Assembly (NCBI GenBank): GCA_944392225.1
Contig: CALXWB010000004.1
Coordinates: 206-64,205, forward strand
Reading direction: 5' to 3'
DNA: 64,000 bases
From: an uncultured Alphaproteobacteria bacterium
GTDB taxonomy: Bacteria > Pseudomonadota > Alphaproteobacteria > RF32 > CAG-239
Shown here: positions 34,257 through 42,300 of the stretch, one piece after another
How the letters are laid out: every line of letters begins with the position of its first letter
How positions within the stretch are numbered: the first letter of the stretch is position 1
Program-made: the position numbers and the translations under genes
The notes under the pieces: generated by a model
What the model was told of the DNA's origin: nothing
Seen by the model: the letters and a program-made list of their open reading frames with translations, nothing else
Database searches by the model: none

Positions 34257-35894
34257 ATGATTCAAAAAATAAGGAAAATATTTTTCTTCAACATAATGGC
34301 GATTTTTGTAAGCGTGCCATGTGTTTTTGCGCAAAATAACAGCCTCGATCAAAGTGCAGACCAAGATCAAGGTCAATACCGTTCTATGGATATGTCTTAT
34401 GCCGGGTTCGGCTCAATCGGAATGATGCAAAGTGCCTGGCTTGATCCGTTGCAAAATTTGGGCGAAGGACAAAGCAAGCCGGCATATTCCAAATATTATT
34501 GGTCGCCGGATTTGGTGCTGCCGGTGCGTTTGCGTGAAGGCATGATAACCATGATCAATTTCCCTGATTGGGAGATGGTGGAAGATGTTTATATCGGTGA
34601 CAATTCAACCTTTGACGGCCAAATTTCCGGGCCCAATACGGTTCTTTTATATCCCAAAAAAGGAGCCAATGTGGGTGTTGATACCAACGTGATTATCTTT
34701 GGCCGCTCCGGGAACAGATATGTCTTTTATGTCAGAAGTGAAGGTGTAAACACGGAAAGATTGACAAACTCAATCATAGATATTGAAGTTATTGGCGCCG
34801 ATGATACCGGCAGCCTGGGAAATTCTTCATCCGTGTCAAACGGTGGAAAAGGGGCATCGGCCGGTAGCGGCAACAGCAAATCTTTGGCTTCGACTTATAC
34901 CAAGCGCAACCAAAAGGACGATTGGCTGAAAAGCATTCCCGTAGACCCGGAAAAGTTCAGATTTGATATAGAGGTCTATGTTCCCAATCCCGATGATGTG
35001 GTAATTGCGCCGGAACGTGTTTGGAGAGATGATATTTTCACTTATATAGATTTTGGCAACAAAGCCGTAAATATGACGCAACGCCCGATTGTTACTCTGA
35101 TAAGTGAAAGGGTGGAAACCCCGGTCGGCTTTAGGACCAAAGGTCCAAACAATCGTCTGATGGTTGTTGAGGCCGTTGGTGATATGGTTTTGAGAAACGG
35201 CAAAAGAATAATCTGTCTGAAATTAAGACGTTCGGATGCGGCCGGGCTGGAATATGGCATTTATGCAGATGATGCCGCTCCGGGATGGGATGTTCCGCCT
35301 CCGCTGAAAAAAGGCGATTTGGAAGCTGCGTTTAACACGCAAATGGGAAGCGGAGGAGATTCTGTTCGTGAACAAACCTTTGACACGCAAAACGGCGGAG
35401 AATTTATCTTTCCGCAATACGGACAACAGGGAAGCAATTCCGGCTATGGAAATGGAGCGGGAGCACAATATGGCGGCTATGGCAACAATGCGCCGAGCAT
35501 GCAAAATTCCGCAGCCGGAGCGTATGATTATTCCAAAATGCAAAGGTTGCCGAACCAAACCAATGCCAACATAAACAGCGGCAACAGCAAATATTTGCAG
35601 CAATACGGCTATGGCAGCGGTTTTTCGGATACCAACACCAACATATCAATAGAGCTGGGCACAGATGCTAATGTTGAAAAGTTGGAAACGCTTTGGAACA
35701 CGCTGAACTCAAAATATGGTGCAGACCTTGGCAGATATGAGCCGTTTTATTCCGTGGATGCTCCGGCAGACGGACAAGGCAAAGAGCTGTTTCATTTGCG
35801 GGTCGGGCCGGTCAAGAGTTTGGAAGAAGGCGATGCTGTTTGCTCAAAATTAGGACGTAACGGAATATTTTGTAGTGTAGTAAGAACGCAATGA
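34257..35894 (+). CDS. virB9: VirB9/CagX/TrbG-family outer-membrane core protein with a G/Y/N/Q-rich linker and C-terminal SPOR domain
   Basis: Signal 'PCVFAQN'. VirB9 N-domain 'MITMINFPDWEMVEDVYIGD...VLLYPKK..VDTNVIIFGRSGNRYVFYVRS'. C-domain '..DIFTYIDFG..RPIVTLISE..GPNNRLMVVEAVG'. The last ~84 aa 'ISIELGTDANVEKLETLW..LFHLRVGPVKSLEEGDAVCSKLGRNGIFCSVV' fits the SPOR pattern. Confidence 0.8.
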   Translation: MIQKIRKIFFFNIMAIFVSVPCVFAQNNSLDQSADQDQGQYRSMDMSYAGFGSIGMMQSAWLDPLQNLGEGQSKPAYSKYYWSPDLVLPVRLREGMITMINFPDWEMVEDVYIGDNSTFDGQISGPNTVLLYPKKGANVGVDTNVIIFGRSGNRYVFYVRSEGVNTERLTNSIIDIEVIGADDTGSLGNSSSVSNGGKGASAGSGNSKSLASTYTKRNQKDDWLKSIPVDPEKFRFDIEVYVPNPDDVVIAPERVWRDDIFTYIDFGNKAVNMTQRPIVTLISERVETPVGFRTKGPNNRLMVVEAVGDMVLRNGKRIICLKLRRSDAAGLEYGIYADDAAPGWDVPPPLKKGDLEAAFNTQMGSGGDSVREQTFDTQNGGEFIFPQYGQQGSNSGYGNGAGAQYGGYGNNAPSMQNSAAGAYDYSKMQRLPNQTNANINSGNSKYLQQYGYGSGFSDTNTNISIELGTDANVEKLETLWNTLNSKYGADLGRYEPFYSVDAPADGQGKELFHLRVGPVKSLEEGDAVCSKLGRNGIFCSVVRTQ

Positions 35895-38800
35895 CAAAAA
35901 AAGAAACGGAACAACAAGTTTTAACACATTCTGAAGCTTATGTGAAGAAAACCAACAGAATCATATTGATTGTTGGTTTTACTTCGTTGTTTTTGTTTAT
36001 TGTCGGTGTGGTTTTATTATTAACGGAAGATACCTCAAATTATGAATATGAGGAGCCAAACTTCACGGATAATGCCGATGCCTTGAACATTGGGCAGCAA
36101 AGTCCGCTGTTAAATAACAATATCGAATTTCAAACCATAGAAGAAGATGAGATTCCGATAACATTGACGCCAAATCCTGTGCCGCTCGGTTCGGTTGTTT
36201 TGGGCACGGATGCGCAAAATGTTTTGACCTTGGGAACCAACGGCAAAGCCTCAATCGTCATAACGGCCGTGTTTTTGGCAGAACCGCCGGTAGATGGTTT
36301 TAGTTTTGAAGACAAATGCACGGGGCGGACGTTAACGGGAAAAGACACTTGCCATATTAGCATAAAATGGGTTCCGGTTTTGGCGGGAAATGTTCAAAAT
36401 AACTTTATTATATCTTGGCGAGAGACCAATTTGTCGGCACAGAGCATAAAATCGGAAAAAGTCCCGGTGATCGGAAGCGCCATCACGCAAGAAGAATGCA
36501 ACTATTGTGAAACGCCGATAACATCATCGCCGGCAACATCAAACCAAGGAAAAAAAGTGAGACAAGCCATCGGCCCGGACGGCAAAGTAATTGGTTGGAT
36601 TGATGAAGAAGGCATTGTCAGGGACGAAACCGGCAAGATTATCGGCCGCGTAAACAGCAATGGATTGATTGTTGATGACAATGGCAATGTCATAGGTATT
36701 GCCGACAATCAAAAAATTGTCGTGGATGAAAACGGCAATGTCATCGGCTATGTCGGGGCAGACGGACAAGTGGTGGACAAAAACGGCAATGTTATAGGCA
36801 AAGTTTTGCCGGACGGAACAGTGGTTGATAAAAATGGCAATCTTTTGGGCAAGGTTGTCGAAACGGGCTATGTATATGATGAAAACGGCAATATAATCGG
36901 CCGAGTTTTACCCGATGGCAGTGTTGTTGATGAAAATAATAATGTTATCGGCCGTGTCAATGCAAACGGAGAAGTTGTTGATTTGAACGGCAAAAGGCTG
37001 GGCTATGTCTCCAAGCAAGGCCGTGTTGCCGTAGATAAAAACGGCAATCGCTTGGGCGTTGTTATGCCCAACGGCTCCATTGTTGACAGCAATGGCAACA
37101 TAACCGGCAATTTAGATGATAACGGCAATGTGATAAGAGACAAATTTGTTGGTGTTGTCGGCAATAAGGGCACAATTGCACGAGATGAAAACGGCAATAT
37201 AATCGGCTATGTAAACGGCAAAAATGAGGTCGTAGACGGAGATGGAAAGATTATCGGAAGTGTTGATTCTTCAGGAAAAATCATAGATAAAGACAAAAAA
37301 ATAATCGGAAATGCAGATACCGGGGTCAACTTGGCATTAGACGGCAATGGCAAGGTGATTGGTTATGTAAATTCTCAAGGCCGAACATATGGGTTAAACG
37401 GAGAATTTTTGGGTGAAGCAGATAAAAACGGAAAAATAATTTCCAACATTCCCGAGATTGTGGGCAGCCTGGTAGATACGAGTTTGCTTGCCATAACGCC
37501 TAAAGGCCTGGTTCTTGGAAAAATACAAAATGACGGCACGGTTTTGAATGCGCAAGAGCAAATTGTGGGCAGAGTATTGTCCAACGGCTTGGTCAAAGAC
37601 GTTTCCGGCTCTGAAGTTATCGCCCGAACGCTCAGAGGCGGCACTGTTGTTGGATATGGCTGCACCCAAGTCGGTTCGTTGGATGAAAACGGAAAAATAA
37701 CCAAAAACGGTGCCGACATAGGCGCAAAAGTCAATTTTGACGGCACAATAGTCAGTAACAACGGCGCATTTTTAGGTGCGGTTGTTCCGACGGGAAAAGT
37801 TTTAGATGACAAATGCCAAATTTTGGGTATGGCGGCAGCCGATGGTTTGGTTCGCGATAATGTCGGAAAATATGTTGGTTGTGTCAACCCCGACGGCACG
37901 GTATTAAACGAGCAGGGGACAATTATCGGTAAGGTTTTGGAAAAAGGTTATGCGGCAGACATCAACGATCGCTATTTGGGAAAAATAGGCGATGACGGCT
38001 TTGTTAAAGACAAAGATTCTCGGTCATTGGGTTGTGTCGGCATTTTTGGTGATGTTTTGGATATCAACGGCAAATATATCGGTTCAAGAGTTTCTCAGAA
38101 ATATGCTTTTGATATAGACGGAAACTTTTTGGATATTGTTGACAACACCGGCATGGTTTCATTAACGGGAGAAAATCCGGCGCATCTTTCTTCCAACAAC
38201 TTGGTGATGGATGAAAATAACAAGATTATTGGTTTTGCCATAGACAATCAATCCTTTGTCACGGATGCTGCGGGACAGGTTAAGGGCAGACCTTTTTATG
38301 ATGGCAAGATATATGATTTCAAGGGTGTAAACATCGGCAAAATCAAAGGAAGCAAAAATATCTTTTTAAGCCGAAAGCTAAATGCGCTTCAAAATGCAGA
38401 AATCATAGTTGATTTTGATGGAAAAATTTTAGGAAAGAGCACTCCTGATGGCAAGGTCGTGAGTCGTTTTGGTGAAAAGTTAGGTAAAATAGACGGCAAA
38501 GGCAGATTCTTCAACCAAGAAGGCATCTATCAGGGCGGATACTTGAAAAAAGGTGCTGCCATAGGCTATAACGGCGCATATCTGGGCTATGTAACCAACC
38601 GCGGCATTGTGAAAGATTTGGACGGTCAAGACAACGGCAAAGTGACTTCTGATGGAAAAGTTTTGGACAATAAAGGCAAAATAGCCGGAGAGGTTGTTCC
38701 CAAAGGAGCCGTAATTGACAGCAACGGCCATTATGTCGGCACGTCTGACGGCTTGGGCGAAATATTGAATATGAAAGATGAAACAATCGGCATTATATTG

Positions 38801-39328
38801 CCCGGTGGTTTTTCAGAGCAAAGCTATAGCGTCATAAAAGAAGGCGGCATTATGGACTATTCCGGCAACATTGCGGGAAGTATTTTACCAAATGGTAAAA
38901 TTATCGATATCAATAATATGCAAGTTGGGCAGATTCTTCCCGATGGCAGCGCCATAAGTGAAAACGGCAAACTTTATGGCGAGATATTAGACGGGGACAT
39001 TGTCATCGGAAATGATGATAAAGTTGTGGGTTATGTGAATATTGATGGTACAATAATTGCAAAAGATGGTAATATCATTGGCAGAACCCTGTCGCGAGAC
39101 TTGGCCGTGAGTAACAACGGAGAAATATTGGGCCGCATTTTCAAGCTTGGTGTGAGCATATTAAATGACAAAGGAGAATATGTCGGCCGTTTGTCACCTC
39201 AGGGAGAAGTTCTTGATATGCAAGGAAAAACAATAGGTTATATAAAGAACAACGGCTCTTTTATAAATTTGGATAAAAAAATTGCAGGATATGCACTGCA
39301 AGAGGTGGCAAAAAACCGGAGGAATTAA
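35891..39328 (+). CDS. Giant (1145 aa) bitopic protein: N-terminal TM, Ig-like (choice-of-anchor-D/ASH-like) domain, then dozens of 17-residue repeats
   Basis: ATGA overlap with virB9. TM 'IILIVGFTSLFLFIVGVVLLL'. 'PLGSVVLGTDAQNVLTLGTNGKASIVI...FSFEDKCTGRTLTGKDTCHISIKWVPVLAGN'. The repeats then run 'DENGNVIGYVGADGQVV/DKNGNVIGKVLPDGTVV/DENGNIIGRVLPDGSVV...' to the C-terminus. Confidence 0.7.
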   Translation: MTKKETEQQVLTHSEAYVKKTNRIILIVGFTSLFLFIVGVVLLLTEDTSNYEYEEPNFTDNADALNIGQQSPLLNNNIEFQTIEEDEIPITLTPNPVPLGSVVLGTDAQNVLTLGTNGKASIVITAVFLAEPPVDGFSFEDKCTGRTLTGKDTCHISIKWVPVLAGNVQNNFIISWRETNLSAQSIKSEKVPVIGSAITQEECNYCETPITSSPATSNQGKKVRQAIGPDGKVIGWIDEEGIVRDETGKIIGRVNSNGLIVDDNGNVIGIADNQKIVVDENGNVIGYVGADGQVVDKNGNVIGKVLPDGTVVDKNGNLLGKVVETGYVYDENGNIIGRVLPDGSVVDENNNVIGRVNANGEVVDLNGKRLGYVSKQGRVAVDKNGNRLGVVMPNGSIVDSNGNITGNLDDNGNVIRDKFVGVVGNKGTIARDENGNIIGYVNGKNEVVDGDGKIIGSVDSSGKIIDKDKKIIGNADTGVNLALDGNGKVIGYVNSQGRTYGLNGEFLGEADKNGKIISNIPEIVGSLVDTSLLAITPKGLVLGKIQNDGTVLNAQEQIVGRVLSNGLVKDVSGSEVIARTLRGGTVVGYGCTQVGSLDENGKITKNGADIGAKVNFDGTIVSNNGAFLGAVVPTGKVLDDKCQILGMAAADGLVRDNVGKYVGCVNPDGTVLNEQGTIIGKVLEKGYAADINDRYLGKIGDDGFVKDKDSRSLGCVGIFGDVLDINGKYIGSRVSQKYAFDIDGNFLDIVDNTGMVSLTGENPAHLSSNNLVMDENNKIIGFAIDNQSFVTDAAGQVKGRPFYDGKIYDFKGVNIGKIKGSKNIFLSRKLNALQNAEIIVDFDGKILGKSTPDGKVVSRFGEKLGKIDGKGRFFNQEGIYQGGYLKKGAAIGYNGAYLGYVTNRGIVKDLDGQDNGKVTSDGKVLDNKGKIAGEVVPKGAVIDSNGHYVGTSDGLGEILNMKDETIGIILPGGFSEQSYSVIKEGGIMDYSGNIAGSILPNGKIIDINNMQVGQILPDGSAISENGKLYGEILDGDIVIGNDDKVVGYVNIDGTIIAKDGNIIGRTLSRDLAVSNNGEILGRIFKLGVSILNDKGEYVGRLSPQGEVLDMQGKTIGYIKNNGSFINLDKKIAGYALQEVAKNRRN
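36536..39310 (+). repeat. Degenerate in-frame 51-bp (17-codon) repeat array inside the 1145-aa ORF
   Basis: The periodicity is seen in the translation: consensus about D-x-[ND]-G-x-[VI]-[IL]-G-x-[VI]-x-x-[DN]-G-x-V-[VI]. The DNA copies are diverged. Boundaries are approximate. Confidence 0.7.
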
Positions 39329-39334
39329 ACTTTA

Positions 39335-42300
39335 ATGCTGCAAACCCGAAAAATACAAAGCCAAATAAAGAAAATAAACCAAATATTGATTTGTTGTTTG
39401 GTTTGTTTGCTTTTAAATGTAAACAGCACGCAGGCGCAGGAGATCACGGCCATAAATTTTAACGGCGATTTGCTTGGAAAAGTGATTCCCGACGGCAACG
39501 TAATAGGTTTTGATAACAGCATTATCGGCAAGGTAACGGCAGATAGTTTCATTGTTGACTTCAACGAAGAAATAATCGGCGGTATTGTTCCGCAGGGTGT
39601 TGCCATTGGAAATGATACCAAACTTTTGGGCAAAATAAATACAGACGGGACGGTCCGTTCTCCAAGCGGCAATATAATCGGCAAGACCTTGCCCAACGGT
39701 ATGGTTGTTAATGACTATTATGAGATTTTGGGAGCTGTTTTGTTCCCGGGTTTGGTTTATGGAGATTCCGGGCAAACGGTTGGTCGTTTGACCGGCGACG
39801 GAGATTATGTCAACCTCAAGGGACAAAAAATTGGTTTCATCACCCCGGATGGATATGCTTATCGCAAGGTGGCGGAAGATTATGTTCTTGATGGACGGTT
39901 AATATCATCAAAGATGGTCGTTTCATCAGAAGGCGAGTTTTTGGGAAGTGTTTCTCCCGGCGGCGAAGTTTATGACTTTGACGGCAAAAAAATCGGAAAT
40001 CTGAAAGCCAATGGCTACGTTTATAATGAGCAAGGCCGGGTAATCGGTGGTATTGTAAAATCGGGATACGCTTTTGACAATTTTGGCAGCTATTTGGGTT
40101 ACATCAGCTACAACGGCTTTGTGTTAGACAAAGGCAAACAGGTTGGCAGGTTGCGTGCAGACGGAAAAATAATCAATGATAAAAAAGAAGTTATTGGTAT
40201 TTTTGTCGGTGCCGATACGGCCGCAACGGATTCTAAAGGAAAATATTTGGGTCGCTTGCTTCCCAATGGCAAAATTGCTCCGGCCAATGAAGGAAAATAT
40301 ACGCTTTCGGCAAGAAAAAACGTTGTTGATGCGCAAGGTTCATCCCTTGGCAAACTAGTTGCCTCAGGCCCGATTATCAACTACTTAGGCAAAAATATAG
40401 CGCATGCCCTTCCTTGCGGAAAAATAATTTCTTTTGCCGGCAACACCATGGGATATACTAAGGGAGAAGATGCCTACAACACGCAGGGAAAAATTATGGG
40501 CAAAGTTTCTCAGCCGATGTTGGCTTGGCTCCAAAATGACGGATTAGCAACTCTGAGCGGAATTTCTGCACAAGTGGAAATGGCCGGCAATGTTTATTAT
40601 CTGTCTCCTTTTGGTTATAGCATTAGTGCAGAGGGAAACTTTGGTGGAAAAACATTTGCCCCGCAACCGATATATAATCAAATCGGGGCAATTCCCGGAG
40701 AGATAACACTTAACGGAGAGCTAAGCAGTGCGGATAACACGGCAAAATTATATCCTTCGGGCTATATTTTTACACCGCAGGGAGAAATGTTCGGAAAGCT
40801 GATTTCTGCATCATATGCACAAAATTTTGCAGATGTTTCGGCCGGTGTGCTTTCAGAAAATAATTTAGTTCTGGATAAAGAAAAAAAGATCATCGGAAAA
40901 ATTTTGCCCGGGTTGGATGTTGTATCAACAGATAAAGAAAACAGCACCAATATTCGCCCGATTATGGGAAAAGCCTCAGATTCAAACATGGCCATTTCAT
41001 TTGAGGGCATTTTGAACGGATATGTAAATGAAGAAGGCAACGTGCTTGATTTTTCATCAAACAAAATCGGCCAAATCAGTTCGGAAGGCTGGTTGATAGA
41101 CAACAACGGCACAATAACGGGCTTTACCGAAAAAGTAAAACCGATCAGAGATGAAAATTGTGCCTTTTTGGGGGTGCTCACACCAAGCGGAGATGTAAAA
41201 AATACCAAAGACATTTATATGGGGAAAATACTTGGTAACGGTCAAGTAATAAATGATTCGGAAACTATCATCGGCTATGGTGACACACCTCAAGCCCTGA
41301 TTGATGAAAACGGAAAAATAATAGGAACTTCGGATTCTTTGGGGCAGGCAAAAGATTTAAAAGGCAATGTTTTGGGTTGCCTGTCCACACAGGGATATTT
41401 ATATAGCAAAGATAATCAGTTGTTGGGCGGTAAAATAATTTTTGGCAACGTGATAGATTTTTCAAATCAAATTATCGGCAGTGTCAATGCCACCGGCCAA
41501 ATAGACGATGCCAACGGCACCAACATAGGCCATGTTCAACCGCAAGGCAACGTGGTTAACAAAGCCGGCAAAACATTGGGACAAATTATGCAATATGCGG
41601 TTGCTTTCAGAAATGATGGCCGCTATTTGGGATATGTCCGAGCCTCAACGGCAGAAGTTTTGAATGGCAAAAAAGAGGTTGTCGGCAAAGTCAATTTTGA
41701 CGGAAGCATCGTATTAGATAAAAAGAAAATAGGCTTTGCTCTTTATGATATGTATATCTATGACCAAAACAAAAAAGCCATCGGCATTATTGGGCGCGAT
41801 GGTGTTGTCCGCAGCTTTAATAATCGGATTCTCGGTGAAATAAAACGCGGGTTTGTCGTAGATAAAAACGACAAGGTTATAGCGCGTGGCAACCGAGATT
41901 ATTTTATCCGCAATGCAGATAAAGAAATAATCGGAGAGCTGGGCTTAGACGGAAGGGTCCTGGATTCTGAGGGGCGTGAAGTTGGAAAACTTGGAATAGC
42001 CGGAGAAATTGTTTCTGCCGAAAAAGGAAAAATAGCACAAGCTTATCCTCTGCAATATTATAGCAAAATCAGTGCGGAAGACGATTCTCGCGGTGATATT
42101 GCGTTGTCTGCAGATGGCAAAATTTTAGGCTATGTTGACGAGGATAAAAACGTCATAGATGCCAACGGCAACCTGATAGGAACGCAAGATGCAAAAGGTT
42201 TTATAAGAAACGGAAATAATGAAATTATCGGCCGAGTAATAAATCCGAACAATGTGGTAGACCAAGAAGGCAACATCATTGGCAAAAAAGATGAAAATGG

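Noticed and set aside
37375-41214. Several 90-174-aa minus-strand ORFs inside the repeat proteins (e.g. 37375..37899, 40762..41214).
   Set aside because: They are antisense shadows of the 17-codon repeat arrays. The plus-strand frames are uninterrupted for 3.4 and 5.0 kb and end in a VirB10 domain.
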